A stretch of 64,000 bases of DNA. Origin: Candidatus Omnitrophota bacterium (lineage in GTDB: Bacteria; Omnitrophota; Gorgyraeia; Zapsychrales; JANLHA01). Each line of letters begins with the position of its first letter. The stretch's first letter is position 1. The translations under genes were made by a program, and so were the position numbers. Positions 49,276-59,733 of the stretch are shown one piece after another. The stretch spans positions 216,260 through 280,259 of the forward strand of contig JAKQKX010000045.1 in NCBI GenBank assembly GCA_029560465.1, given 5' to 3'. The notes under the pieces are model-generated. The model saw nothing but the letters and a program-made list of their open reading frames with translations, was not told where the DNA came from and ran no database searches.

Positions 49276-50094
49276 TCAGTCTTTTAAAAACCCGTACTGC
49301 CGCAGAAAAGCGGTTATCCCGCCGATATAGGTCCGGGCTGAAACAACATGCCCGTCATTATGATCGCCGGTTATTTTCAGGAACGCTTTGGGCTCCGGAG
49401 CACTCTCGAAAAGTTTATGGCCCAGGGCAAACGGGACCGTTCTGTCATCCGTACTGTGAATAAATAATTTCGGCATCCGGCAGCTTTGGATTTTGCTCAT
49501 GGAGTCCAGCTTGATTTTCAGGAAGAAAGACGGGATAAAAGGGAACATGACCTTTCCCATATCCACGGCAGACGTGAACGTCGAATCCAGAATCAGGGCG
49601 TCCACCTCACGGCGGCTGGCCAAATCGACAGCCGCGACCCCGCCCAGGGATGCGCCGTACACGATCAGCTGATCCCGGCGGATATCCTTCCGGGCGAGGA
49701 CGGCCTCATACGCGGCCTGAACATCCTCGTACATCCCTCCTTCCGTTGGGTGGCCTTCACTGTTGCCGTACCCCCGATAATCAAAAATAAAAACGCTGCA
49801 CCCCAGGTTATGAAACATCAAAATCTTCTCCAGGCGGTCCCCGACATTCCCGGCGTTACCGTGTAAGAAAAGGACAACCGGAGCCTCCCCCGGGCGGGCC
49901 GCGGCCGGGACAAACCAGCCGTGCAACCGGCTTTTATCCAAGGAGGGGAAAAACACGTCTTCATAATCAATCCCGACATCCTTCGGCGTGGACAGGACAA
50001 CTTTCGTCGGCTGGAAAACCGTCGCCCGCTCCAGGAACCGGACGTAAACAAGGACACCTAAAATAAACAGTAAAGGATAAAGGGCAACGCGCAT
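49276..50094 (-). CDS. alpha/beta hydrolase (ABHD13/BEM46-like)
   Basis: HGNAGN, DYRGYG, GASLG, D..VP, HND. Confidence 0.9.
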   Translation of the reverse strand: MRVALYPLLFILGVLVYVRFLERATVFQPTKVVLSTPKDVGIDYEDVFFPSLDKSRLHGWFVPAAARPGEAPVVLFLHGNAGNVGDRLEKILMFHNLGCSVFIFDYRGYGNSEGHPTEGGMYEDVQAAYEAVLARKDIRRDQLIVYGASLGGVAAVDLASRREVDALILDSTFTSAVDMGKVMFPFIPSFFLKIKLDSMSKIQSCRMPKLFIHSTDDRTVPFALGHKLFESAPEPKAFLKITGDHNDGHVVSARTYIGGITAFLRQYGFLKD

Positions 50095-50116
50095 AGGTCC
50101 GACCGCTCCTTAAAAA

Positions 50117-50536
50117 TCACGGTTCTAATTCTGACGGATGTTTTCGTTGCGGGAGGAGATTCAGCATCAGGGTAATGGCCTTAAGCACCTCCTCCATCTG
50201 ACAGGGTTTCATAATATAATGGTCCGCTTCCAAGGAAAACCCTTTTTTCATGTCTTCAAGTTCCCCCCGCGCAGACACGATGATCACCGGCTGCCATTTC
50301 TTTACAGCCGGCTGGTTGCGAAGCTTTTCCAAAACAGAAAAACCATCCAGGCCCGGCATGACGAGATCCAGGACGATCACGTCCGGAAGCTCGGAACAGA
50401 TTTTCGCCCAAGCCTCCAGGCCGTCTTGAGCCTTGACCACCCGGTACCCGTCCGCTTTGATTCTTTTCTCCATAACGCGCAAGACGTCCGGGTCATCATC
50501 GGCGATCAGTATCTTGGGGGCTTCCACGGTTTTCAT
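50117..50536 (-). CDS. stand-alone response regulator receiver protein
   Basis: ILIADDD, LDLVMPGLDG, VSA, KP; start at MKTVE behind GGGAGAG. Confidence 0.9.
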   Translation of the reverse strand: MKTVEAPKILIADDDPDVLRVMEKRIKADGYRVVKAQDGLEAWAKICSELPDVIVLDLVMPGLDGFSVLEKLRNQPAVKKWQPVIIVSARGELEDMKKGFSLEADHYIMKPCQMEEVLKAITLMLNLLPQRKHPSELEP

Positions 50537-50695
50537 CTCTCCCTCTCCCGACAAAAGTTTCTCGTTCCTCTCCTCTTGGAGCATGTTCATCTTATCGCGA
50601 ACCAAGAGTGTTTGCAACGGCAATATCTCTTATTCCCCCCGGAGGGGAAAGCACCCGCCAATCCGCATGGTTTGCCTCAAGACAGCCACCCGCCG

Positions 50696-51190
50696 CTAGG
50701 GTTTGGCCGAAGAATAATTTTTAAGATTGTACTCGATGTCCCGGGACGGCATGGGGATTCTATCAATAGCCACCTTGGCCTTCGCGAAAAATTCCGTGGC
50801 CAGGGTGTCGTGGTAATCAGAGAAAACCACCACGCGGTTGATACCAGCGGCGATCAGCGCCTTGGCACAGGTCGTGCAGGGCATATTCGTGACATAAGCC
50901 GTGGCCCCATCCACGGGATGCCCCCATTTCGCTGCCTGCGTGATCGCGTTCATTTCAGCGTGGTTCGTCCTCACGCAATGATTATCAACGACCAAACACC
51001 CCACATCTTCACAATGATCGTCCCCCGGGATCGAGCCATTATACCCCGTGGCGATGACATTCTTATTCTTGACCAGCACGCAGCCACAATGCATGCGCGG
51101 GCAGGTCGCGCGTTCCGAAGCCAGCATGGCCAGTTTCAAAAAATAGCTGTCCCAATTTGGTCTTGATCCCACGTCTCTTCTCCTTGTCAT
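50696..51190 (-). CDS. dCMP deaminase (ComEB-like)
   Basis: WDSYFL, TGYNG, HAEMNA, PCTTC. Confidence 0.92.
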   Translation of the reverse strand: MTRRRDVGSRPNWDSYFLKLAMLASERATCPRMHCGCVLVKNKNVIATGYNGSIPGDDHCEDVGCLVVDNHCVRTNHAEMNAITQAAKWGHPVDGATAYVTNMPCTTCAKALIAAGINRVVVFSDYHDTLATEFFAKAKVAIDRIPMPSRDIEYNLKNYSSAKP

Positions 51191-51239
51191 GTGTTCCTGA
51201 TACGAGCAAACTCCCCCTCGGCTTAAACCTTTAATCCTA

Positions 51240-51665
51240 TTATTCCTTAACCAGTTCCACCCGCACGCTGATAATCCCTTGTTTCAACGGCGCAATCCTG
51301 CTGAAAGCGGCTTTCGTCAGATCAATGACCCGTCCCTGCCGGACAAAACGGCGGGCCGGGCCGCGGTCATTCACGCGGACGACGACGGACGCCCCGTTGT
51401 CCAGGTTCGTCACTTTAACTTTCTGATGAAACCGGACGCCCCACAACGCGCATGTCATGGCCTGATCGTCAAATTTCTCGTTATTCGCCGTTCTTTCGTT
51501 TATGCCCGGCGATTCCTTGGAATACCAGGACGCCTGGCCGTAAAGCGGGAAGGCAAACCGGACCGGCCAATACCGGCAAGAAAAAAATAACAAAACCACG
51601 CCGGCGAGCATAACGAGGAGGCCCCGGGAACGGGAAAATTTTTTAATCCCCCGGCCAACCCTCAC
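51240..51665 (-). CDS. rlpA: RlpA-like DPBB lytic transglycosylase
   Basis: GQASWY, TANNE.FD, VRVNDRGP, IDL..AAF. Confidence 0.88.
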   Translation of the reverse strand: MRVGRGIKKFSRSRGLLVMLAGVVLLFFSCRYWPVRFAFPLYGQASWYSKESPGINERTANNEKFDDQAMTCALWGVRFHQKVKVTNLDNGASVVVRVNDRGPARRFVRQGRVIDLTKAAFSRIAPLKQGIISVRVELVKE

Positions 51666-52858
51666 GACACCGCGTCCCCGTTCACACGCGCGCCGCCAGT
51701 CGCCGCCAGGGCTAAGATCCTGTCCACCCCCACACGGAAATGGTCCGGAAGCGGCAAAAAACTGATGACCAAAACGGGTTCTTCTTCAAAATCAAAAAAA
51801 TATCCCGGGTGTGCCAGGACATGCCCCCGTTCCAGCAAGGTCAGGACCCATTCTTCTTCGCTTTTCCCCGGAGGAAGCTGAAGCACGCCGTACCATCCCC
51901 CTTCGGCGGGATAAATCCCAAGGCCGGCGGCTTGAGCGGAGGCCTCAAGATACGCCCGGTTAGAAACAATCCTTTCGGTGATCTGCCTTTGAATATCCGG
52001 TTTTAACGTCAGCCAGGCCTCCAGCGCGTTCTGGACAGGGGTATTCACCGACAAGTACGTATCGGCAATCACATCCAAACGCCTCCGGGCCTCCCGAACC
52101 TGATCCTCCGGGCCGCTCAAAACAATCCAGGACAGCTTCATCTGCGGCAGCCCCAGGTCTTTGGACAATCCCCCAAGAGTAAATGTCAGGGTTCGTGGAT
52201 GACCAAGCAGGCTGGCTCTCCCGGCCGTTTCAAAACAATAATCATAAAAAACCTCATCTGAAATAAGGGCCATATCAAAACAACGGCACACGTCATCCAG
52301 GAGATGAAGTTGGTCCTTCCTGACATAATTCCCCGTGGGATTATTCGGGTTTACGCAAACAATGGCCCGCGCCGCAGAAGACGCTTTCCGGCTCAAAATG
52401 TCTAGGTCCATGTTCCAGTGTTTCCCGTCGTAGCGCAAAGGATAAGGCTCCAGGCGCACATCCAGGATATCCGCCAGGAACTGAAATAACGGATAACTGG
52501 GTTGGGGGAACAGCACGGTTTCCCCGGGGTTGGCCAGCAGGCGAAACACAAAAGAATAGGCTTCCGAGGTGGAAGCGGTCAGGAAAATGTTCTCCGGCGC
52601 CACCTTCACGCCTCTCTGAAGAAAAGAACGGCACAGGGCTTCCCTGGCAGTCCTCAATCCTTGGGAACAAGGCTGATAGGATAAATTCGCGGGAACAGAA
52701 AGCGGCCCCAGGAGCTTCTCTCCGGCGACATCAAAACCGCAACGCGTCGGATTCGATTCGGTCAGGTCAAGGATATCAGCCCCGGCCTGTTTTTCCTGCT
52801 CAAGAGCGACAGTCAGCGCGTTGGGGTCCATGCTCCAGGCTGTCCGTTCAGCGAACAT
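51662..52858 (-). CDS. class I/II PLP-dependent aminotransferase
   Basis: NPNNPTG, SDEVF, GLSKDLG. Confidence 0.9.
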   Translation of the reverse strand: MFAERTAWSMDPNALTVALEQEKQAGADILDLTESNPTRCGFDVAGEKLLGPLSVPANLSYQPCSQGLRTAREALCRSFLQRGVKVAPENIFLTASTSEAYSFVFRLLANPGETVLFPQPSYPLFQFLADILDVRLEPYPLRYDGKHWNMDLDILSRKASSAARAIVCVNPNNPTGNYVRKDQLHLLDDVCRCFDMALISDEVFYDYCFETAGRASLLGHPRTLTFTLGGLSKDLGLPQMKLSWIVLSGPEDQVREARRRLDVIADTYLSVNTPVQNALEAWLTLKPDIQRQITERIVSNRAYLEASAQAAGLGIYPAEGGWYGVLQLPPGKSEEEWVLTLLERGHVLAHPGYFFDFEEEPVLVISFLPLPDHFRVGVDRILALAATGGARVNGDAVS

Positions 52859-52879
52859 AGCGTTTCTCCCCCATTCCGC

Positions 52880-53578
52880 TCATGGGCCCACGGGCCCGTT
52901 TTTTTGCGGTTTATATTTCTTCAACTCGTGCTCAAGCGCCTCAAAATCTTTCTTAAGCTTGATATACTCACTCTTAGCCACCCAGGTCTCCTCGTTGTGC
53001 TTTTGAGAAAGCTGGTGGTTTTCAGACCGCAACCCAGCCAGCTCGGTCCGGTAAGCGTCTATCTGGGCCCTGTACTTGATGCCTTGAGTTTCCATGGCCT
53101 TAATCTGGGCCTGGGCGCCGGACAGGGATTCGGACAGCTCTTTTTGTTCCCGCTGGAGTCTTAAGCGTTCCGCGTGTTCCTGGGCCAGTTGTTGCTCGGC
53201 TTTCTGCAAATCGTCCCGCAAGCCGATCACCTCCGCGGTCTTTTTATCGATATCGCTCCGTTCTTTGTTCTGCCAACCCCGTTCCTGCGCGACCTTGCTT
53301 TGCAATTTCGCGTACTTCTCCTTCTGAACCACCACGTCGCGTTCTAATATTTTCTGCTCTTTCTGCATCTGGGCCATCTGGTGTTTCAAAGAACGGATAA
53401 CCCGCTCCAGCTTCAGGCTCACCGACTGCCAGTCCTTCACTTCCTGTTCCCTGACTTTATAAGTAAATTTCTTCCGCGGGCTTCCCCGCGGCGTCGTTGG
53501 GATTAACACGAGAAACCCAAGCAGAAGAAAAACCATCACCAACCCAAGAATAACGACCTGTTCCATTGTCAACGGCAT
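52880..53578 (-). CDS. membrane-anchored coiled-coil protein
   Basis: N-terminal TM followed by roughly 180 aa of Q/E/K/L-rich heptads. Confidence 0.75.
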   Translation of the reverse strand: MPLTMEQVVILGLVMVFLLLGFLVLIPTTPRGSPRKKFTYKVREQEVKDWQSVSLKLERVIRSLKHQMAQMQKEQKILERDVVVQKEKYAKLQSKVAQERGWQNKERSDIDKKTAEVIGLRDDLQKAEQQLAQEHAERLRLQREQKELSESLSGAQAQIKAMETQGIKYRAQIDAYRTELAGLRSENHQLSQKHNEETWVAKSEYIKLKKDFEALEHELKKYKPQKNGPVGP

Positions 53579-53596
53579 ACGCGCCTCTCTGCGTTT

Positions 53597-55591
53597 CTAA
53601 CCCGGGGGGCTGGAGAGCCCCTGGCCCGCCGGTTCAGCCCCCGGGTTGTTTGTCAGAATATCCAAATTATTGCGGGCAGGGACGAAACCCGGATCGGCCA
53701 ACAACACGGCCTCAAGCAACTCCCGCGCCTGGGTTTCTTTTCCAAGAAAAATATAGCATAACGCCAGATTCGTTTTGGCCATCAAATCCTTAGGATCCGC
53801 CGCGACCGCTCTGGCCAACCATTGTTCGGCCTCCTCGATTTGCTGCCCTTGCAGGAAGACCGCTCCCAAATTATTTAAAATCATACTATCATTCGGGGCA
53901 ATTTGCAAGGCGGCTCGATAATATTGAACAGCCCGGGGCCACTGCCTCTGCCTCTCAAAACACTGGGCAATATTAAAAAGGGCTTCCTTCTTAAAAGAAA
54001 GGTAAACGTCCCGGGCGCCCGGATCCCGCACCCGCTCAAGGTACCCGTCAAGGATTTGAAGCGCCTGGTTAAACTCCTGCAGGGCTTTCTCAGTCTGGTC
54101 GTTAAAAAAATACGCCTTCCCTAAAAGAAGGCGGCCCCTGGCCAAATTCCGTTCATGCCGAACCACCTGCTCAAACAGGGGGACCTCCCCCCGCCAGACC
54201 TGATTTTGCTTCAGCGTTATGGCCGTTAAAATCAAAATCACACTCAGGATAAAACCCGCCCGGACGGTCTTATAACGTTCCGGCGGGACCCGGCTTTCAA
54301 GGACGTAAGTCACCCCAACCAAAACCGAAAGGGGAATCCCGGGCAGAGGCCAGTATAAAAAATGTTCAAACAACGCAATATATGAATACTCATGAATCAG
54401 GGGGACAACATTCAGCATGGGAGCCAGAGTCACCGCAAACCACAGCAAGCCAAACTGGTAATAACACTTTAACACAGACGGCAACACCCGCCCCCCCGCA
54501 AACATGGCCGCCACGACCAGGACAAAAATAAGGCTCGCCCCGGCGTTAGGGGCCAGGACATCCAGGCTCCTGTAATAATGCAGCCCTGAAGGGATAAACA
54601 GGATCCTCAAATACACAAGCAGGGTGCGGGGAATGGCTTTCAACCGTAAGAACAACTCATAATTATAATTCCAGAAGGGCGTGACAGAATGTCCCAACAA
54701 AATTTTCCGGTAACAAAAATATCCCCCTAACAGAACAAAGAGAAAGGTGATGGCCAAAACAGGCGAACGGCCGGATTTCTGCCGTGCCCGCCCGATTGTC
54801 AATAGATACGACAGGAATAAAAAAGGCAACACCACCGCCTGTTCCTTCACACAAAGGGCGGCGGCAAAAATCCCCCCCAAGAGGGATATCTCTCCGGCAA
54901 CAAAACCCCGGCGGCGCTCCCTCCCCTCGGCCAATCGCAAAAACAGGATAAAACCCAGCAGGCCAAAAAACACGAGCAAGAGGTTAGAAACCCCGGCCAC
55001 GCATGCGACGGATTCTGTCTGCACAGGATGAATCACAAAAATAACAGCGGCACTCCAGGCCAGCCACAGCGATGGGGGGATAAAAAGAAAACGCGCTGTC
55101 CCCGCCGGACCACCCGTCCGGTGACACGCCCGGGCCAGCGCGTCTTCGTACCCGGACAAAATCCGGAGGAACACATAGAATAAAAGCAACCCATTTAAAA
55201 TATGCAGCGCAACATTAAACCCGTGATACGCCCCGGCGTCAAACTTAAAGAACGCATATTGAATCCGATATAGCAACTCCAGCCCCGGCCGGTAGTAGGC
55301 GTTGACAACGCCCTGGGACGACGGGGCGCGGGTAAAAATATCACGCCAATGATCCAACCGGGCGATATCCGGGTTCCCGCGGATAAAAACCAGGTCATCA
55401 TGGACAAACGGATAAGAAAACGTCTGGGAAAAACCAAGTCCGCCCAGAAGGATCAGGACAACCGCTAGAAAGGCAGGGATAAATTTCTTGGAATGATATA
55501 CAGTAAGATTCAAAACAGGGGATTTCAAATTTGTTCGACCACGCTTCCGAGGTTCTTGATTACAAAAGGCCGTCCGCAGCAAAAGGGTCAC
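53597..55591 (-). CDS. TMTC-like GT-C glycosyltransferase with C-terminal TPRs (start uncertain)
   Basis: FVHDD, YYRP, HP.QTESV, KE, multiple TMs, W..E..LF, TPRs. Confidence 0.85.
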   Translation of the reverse strand: MTLLLRTAFCNQEPRKRGRTNLKSPVLNLTVYHSKKFIPAFLAVVLILLGGLGFSQTFSYPFVHDDLVFIRGNPDIARLDHWRDIFTRAPSSQGVVNAYYRPGLELLYRIQYAFFKFDAGAYHGFNVALHILNGLLLFYVFLRILSGYEDALARACHRTGGPAGTARFLFIPPSLWLAWSAAVIFVIHPVQTESVACVAGVSNLLLVFFGLLGFILFLRLAEGRERRRGFVAGEISLLGGIFAAALCVKEQAVVLPFLFLSYLLTIGRARQKSGRSPVLAITFLFVLLGGYFCYRKILLGHSVTPFWNYNYELFLRLKAIPRTLLVYLRILFIPSGLHYYRSLDVLAPNAGASLIFVLVVAAMFAGGRVLPSVLKCYYQFGLLWFAVTLAPMLNVVPLIHEYSYIALFEHFLYWPLPGIPLSVLVGVTYVLESRVPPERYKTVRAGFILSVILILTAITLKQNQVWRGEVPLFEQVVRHERNLARGRLLLGKAYFFNDQTEKALQEFNQALQILDGYLERVRDPGARDVYLSFKKEALFNIAQCFERQRQWPRAVQYYRAALQIAPNDSMILNNLGAVFLQGQQIEEAEQWLARAVAADPKDLMAKTNLALCYIFLGKETQARELLEAVLLADPGFVPARNNLDILTNNPGAEPAGQGLSSPPG

Positions 55592-56595
55592 TCATCTGCA
55601 GGGAAAAGCAAACGGGAAATGCCTCCCGGGATAGGGATCACCTGTTGTTCTCTGAGTTTAAACCCTTGCCCTTCATCAATAAGAGCGTATTCCAGGCTGA
55701 ACCGGTATTCATCGGCGTTTTGCAGCCTCATTTTTCCCTGGCCAACTTTAACACTCCCGTCCGGGGCCCGCATTGAACTCAATTGGGTCTTAGCCACCGC
55801 GTTGCCATCAAAGGCTAATATTTTCTCTGCCAACCCAGGGAGGATCAGCCCACCCTTGTTAAACTGCAAATTGACCGCCAGCAAATTCACCTGTTGGGCT
55901 GCCCAGATAAGACGCATCGCCCCGCTGAGATCCCCCCGCAGTTGAGAAAACAGCGGCTGCCCGGTCCCCGTCAAAAGCTCCGGTTTCAAATCGGCAAGCT
56001 CCAGCCAAATGATATAATTCAGCTGAGGATTGCTCTCCATGACGATTTGCCCTTTAACCAGCCCGCCGTAAGCATCCGCCACCAAATCCGTCAATTGAAT
56101 CCTGTTCCGCACCCCTCTCAACTGCCCTTCAAAATTTTCCACATGATAAGCGGAGACGTCCAGACGCTGTCCGGCGAAAATCCCGTTTAACTGGGAAAGA
56201 TGGCGTCCCTGAAAAAAAAGCAAGCCCTTCATATTGAGGTCTTTCAGAACCAGCCGATCATATGTCAGGCTTAACCCTTTCACCATAACTTTAATATTTT
56301 CTTTTTTCTTTAAATAGGTGAAAAATTCATAAAGGGTTATTTCCTTTACGGCTATCTCGCAGGTTTTGTCTTCTTTCGTAAACGACACCTGCACATCCTG
56401 AAGGACGAACGTTTCCGGGAAGCTAAATTTCTGTCTATTGACATTAAACTTTTCTAAAGAATACTCTTCTTTTAACTGCCGCTTAATATAAACGGGGCCG
56501 AAATAATTGAAAAACCAGGTGGAGTGGACAAGTAAAAAAAAGACCCCTCCCAAGACGGACAGCATAATGATGAGAGGAAGGATATGACGTTTCAT
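55588..56595 (-). CDS. hypothetical TM-anchored beta-rich periplasmic protein (AsmA-like?)
   Basis: N-terminal TM, beta-strand pattern, AYGG.VKG motif. Confidence 0.6.
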   Translation of the reverse strand: MKRHILPLIIMLSVLGGVFFLLVHSTWFFNYFGPVYIKRQLKEEYSLEKFNVNRQKFSFPETFVLQDVQVSFTKEDKTCEIAVKEITLYEFFTYLKKKENIKVMVKGLSLTYDRLVLKDLNMKGLLFFQGRHLSQLNGIFAGQRLDVSAYHVENFEGQLRGVRNRIQLTDLVADAYGGLVKGQIVMESNPQLNYIIWLELADLKPELLTGTGQPLFSQLRGDLSGAMRLIWAAQQVNLLAVNLQFNKGGLILPGLAEKILAFDGNAVAKTQLSSMRAPDGSVKVGQGKMRLQNADEYRFSLEYALIDEGQGFKLREQQVIPIPGGISRLLFPADE

Positions 56596-56659
56596 AAAAG
56601 TAACATTAATCGCATCAAGGATCCTGACGAACCCTTAAGGTTAAAGGAAGTTGGCACCG

Positions 56660-57004
56660 TTACTGCTGTTTCAATTCAACAACGCAGGCCTGCAGATCCG
56701 CAAACTGCTTATCCAGGATTTTAAATAATTCTTCCATGCCCTCAAAAACATGGTCATTCGCCCTCTTTTCGATGTCCTTGCACGTGGCAAACATCTGTGT
56801 CGCGGAAATGTTCCCGGCCGCCCCTTTCAGGGAGTGCGCCAAGTCACGCAGCTGTTCGGCCTCTTTGGCCGCTAAGTATTGCTTAAATAATCCCCGTTTT
56901 GTTATATAGTCATTCTGGAAAATATCCAACAACTCCATAAGCAGTTCCCGGTCGTCTTGAACACGCTCCATCACATCATCCATATCAATAATGTCTTTTC
57001 TCAT
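56660..57004 (-). CDS. Hpt phosphotransfer protein
   Basis: AHSLKGAAGNISA motif. Confidence 0.93.
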   Translation of the reverse strand: MRKDIIDMDDVMERVQDDRELLMELLDIFQNDYITKRGLFKQYLAAKEAEQLRDLAHSLKGAAGNISATQMFATCKDIEKRANDHVFEGMEELFKILDKQFADLQACVVELKQQ

Positions 57005-59337
57005 TGTCCCTTCCTTTGATTGGTTGGAGTATTAAAAAAACCTGCGATAGCCTCGAACAGCTTTTCCCGGTCAATCGGTTTAGCAACATAACCGTCCATG
57101 CCCGCCAACATGCACCGCTTCCGGTCCCCGCTCATGGCTCTCGCTGTCAAAGCGATAATCGGAATGTGGGCGTCCGTACCCGACTCCTTCTCCCGGATCC
57201 TCCTTGTCGCTTCATAGCCGTCCATTAAAGGCATTTGAGCATCCATCAGTATAACATCAAAGTCTTCCGCGTCCAAACACTCTAACACTTGTTTTCCGTT
57301 ATCCGCGGTCTTAACGATCCATCCTTTTTTTTCAAGCATCCTGACGGTAATTTTTTGGTTAACAATATTATCTTCCGCCAAAAGGATCCGCAAAGACCCC
57401 GGGGTTTGACGGCCCGGCGGCTGGGTATCCACAGGCGGGGCTTCCTCCGGCGCGGGCCGAGGCGCGGCCACCATAAATTTAGCGGTGAACCAAAACGTGC
57501 TGCCCTTATATTCTTCGCTTTCCACCCATATCCGCCCCCCCATCAAATCCACCAGCCGGCTGGAGATCGCCAGCCCCAGCCCCGTGCCGCCGAATTTCCT
57601 GGTCGTGGATGTGTCCGCCTGGGAAAAAACCTCAAAAATGGACTGCAGTTTCTCCTGCGGGATCCCGATGCCCTGATCAGACACCGAAAACCGCAATTCA
57701 CACGTCTTATCATCAAGCGCAACAACTTCGACCCGGGTCTTAATCTCCCCACGGAAAGCGAATTTGACCGCGTTGTTGATCAGGTTCACCAAAACCTGGC
57801 GCAACCGGATCGGGTCACCGATCACGACCGCCGGAACGCCGGGATCAACCTCCCAGGCCAAATCAAGGTTCTTCTTCCGGGCCAGGACCGAAAGCCCCGT
57901 GCAAACGCTTTTGATAACATTCTCAATATTCAGCTCAATATGCTCCAGCTGCATCTTCCCCGCTTCAACCCGGGACAGGTCTAAAATATCATTGAGCAAA
58001 CTCAACAGGATATCCGCGGCGTTCTTGATCGTCGTCAGATTCTCACGCTGTTCATCGGTCAGTTGGGTATCGAGCGTGAGGTCCAGCATGCCCATGATCG
58101 TATTCATAGGAGTCCTCACCTCATGGGACATGTTGGCCAGGAACATACTTTTGGCGCTGTTCGCTTCCTCCGCCATAATCTTGGCGCGCAGAAGCTCTTG
58201 ATGGACTTTTTTCTGCCGCGTGATATCCTGCATAATCCCGACCGAACCGGTGATATCCCCGTTGGTGTCTTTGATAATCGTTACGGACAAATCCACGTCG
58301 ATCACGCTGTCATCGCGGCAAATCGCCCGGGTCTCGAGGTGGTGCATGGAACCCTTCTCGCGGATGCGGGCGGCCCGGATATTCTCCCACTCCTCCGGCG
58401 GATAAAGCGAGCTGACGTGCTTCAAATAAAGGTCATCCCGCGTCCTCCCCAGCATGTCTTCCGTAAATTTATTCCAGGACACGATCCGCTCCTGGGCGTC
58501 GGTCATGGTGATCGCCGCGGCCGAATTGTCCAAAATAATCCGTATGGTGTTCTCTGATTCCCGGATTTTTCTCTCCGCCATTTTCTGGCGGCTCACATCC
58601 AGGATCAAAGCGGCGGACCCCATCCTTTGCCCAGCGGCGTCTTTAAAATAAGAGATAGACATATTAATATCAATGACCGCCTGGTCCTTTTTACGGATCT
58701 GCGCCTCAATCTCTGAAACCGTCTCTTTATCCCAGATCGGCAGGGCGGACAACCTCTGCCATTCCCGGGGGGCAAACAACTCCGACCACGGCTTGTTAAA
58801 TAAATCCCGTTTATCCATGCCCAGCATCTTTTCCGTGAATGGATTCCAGGCCAATATCCGGTCTTCCCTGTCCATCACAATGATCGCCGCCGCCGAATTG
58901 TTGAAAACGCTTTCGAAAAGCTCTTTGGATTCCCGCTGCAACCGTTCGGCGTGTTTCAGGGGGCTGATATTTTTAACAATCCCGTCAATATACTTCAAAC
59001 GCTTCCGGGAATCCATCACAGCCACAAGCAACAAAGACGCGTAAAATGGCTGCCCCGTTTTCATCCGGAGGCCAATGTCTTCAACCCTTAAGGGGCTGGA
59101 TTCCACAACCTTGCGGTAAGCCGCGCGGATTTTCCTCCGGTCCATAAAGACACTGGCCATATCTTCCCGCAAAAGCTCTTCCGGCGCGTAAGCCAGCATC
59201 CTCGAGAAAGCGGCGTTCACAAATAAGAATTTTTCCCGCAGGCCAGGCTTTAACCGAAAAGCCCCCAGGTCCAGGTGCTCCACCAATTCATAAAATGCCA
59301 GTCTTTCCTCGGTCATAAAATTCAAAAGACGCCTCAA
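57001..59337 (-). CDS. cytoplasmic hybrid histidine kinase (3 PAS-HisKA-HATPase-REC)
   Basis: Three PAS repeats, FLANMSHEVRTP, NAVKF, GGTGLGL, LAEDN..LMD..MP. Confidence 0.94.
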   Translation of the reverse strand: MRRLLNFMTEERLAFYELVEHLDLGAFRLKPGLREKFLFVNAAFSRMLAYAPEELLREDMASVFMDRRKIRAAYRKVVESSPLRVEDIGLRMKTGQPFYASLLLVAVMDSRKRLKYIDGIVKNISPLKHAERLQRESKELFESVFNNSAAAIIVMDREDRILAWNPFTEKMLGMDKRDLFNKPWSELFAPREWQRLSALPIWDKETVSEIEAQIRKKDQAVIDINMSISYFKDAAGQRMGSAALILDVSRQKMAERKIRESENTIRIILDNSAAAITMTDAQERIVSWNKFTEDMLGRTRDDLYLKHVSSLYPPEEWENIRAARIREKGSMHHLETRAICRDDSVIDVDLSVTIIKDTNGDITGSVGIMQDITRQKKVHQELLRAKIMAEEANSAKSMFLANMSHEVRTPMNTIMGMLDLTLDTQLTDEQRENLTTIKNAADILLSLLNDILDLSRVEAGKMQLEHIELNIENVIKSVCTGLSVLARKKNLDLAWEVDPGVPAVVIGDPIRLRQVLVNLINNAVKFAFRGEIKTRVEVVALDDKTCELRFSVSDQGIGIPQEKLQSIFEVFSQADTSTTRKFGGTGLGLAISSRLVDLMGGRIWVESEEYKGSTFWFTAKFMVAAPRPAPEEAPPVDTQPPGRQTPGSLRILLAEDNIVNQKITVRMLEKKGWIVKTADNGKQVLECLDAEDFDVILMDAQMPLMDGYEATRRIREKESGTDAHIPIIALTARAMSGDRKRCMLAGMDGYVAKPIDREKLFEAIAGFFNTPTNQRKGQ

Positions 59338-59365
59338 GGGCGAGGGGTGAAAAAATCGGTTGGCT

Positions 59366-59659
59366 TCATTTTCTTTTAAACCGGATATTACGCCCGATGG
59401 CGTACAAATTCACGATGGTCACTATACCCGTCAACGACAACATGCAGAGGCGGATTACGGCCCACCAGTTCTGGCCGTAATCCTGGGGCAGCAGCCCATT
59501 CACGATATACCCCAGGACAATAAGCGAAAACAGGATGGTGGCCCCGGAGATAAGAAACATCATGGAACAGTACAAAAAAGAAAGCAGGATGACGACCAGA
59601 TTGTATACAAATAAATTTCCTTTGGCGACCTTGCTGGCCGCCAGCCCGATACGCTCCAT
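59366..59659 (-). CDS. small membrane protein (2-3 TM)
   Basis: AGGAG SD, hydrophobic 97-aa ORF with basic C-terminus. Confidence 0.7.
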   Translation of the reverse strand: MERIGLAASKVAKGNLFVYNLVVILLSFLYCSMMFLISGATILFSLIVLGYIVNGLLPQDYGQNWWAVIRLCMLSLTGIVTIVNLYAIGRNIRFKRK

Positions 59660-59704
59660 ATCTCTCCTTGGGCCGCCTCAAACGGCCCCGCGTGTTTAAC
59701 TCTT

Positions 59705-59733
59705 ATTGTACTCGCAGACGTGTCCCGCAACAA
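59705..59733 (-). promoter_or_regulatory. possible promoter for the membrane protein, kinase and Hpt genes
   Basis: Minus strand TTGTTG-N17-TACAAT. Confidence 0.4.
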
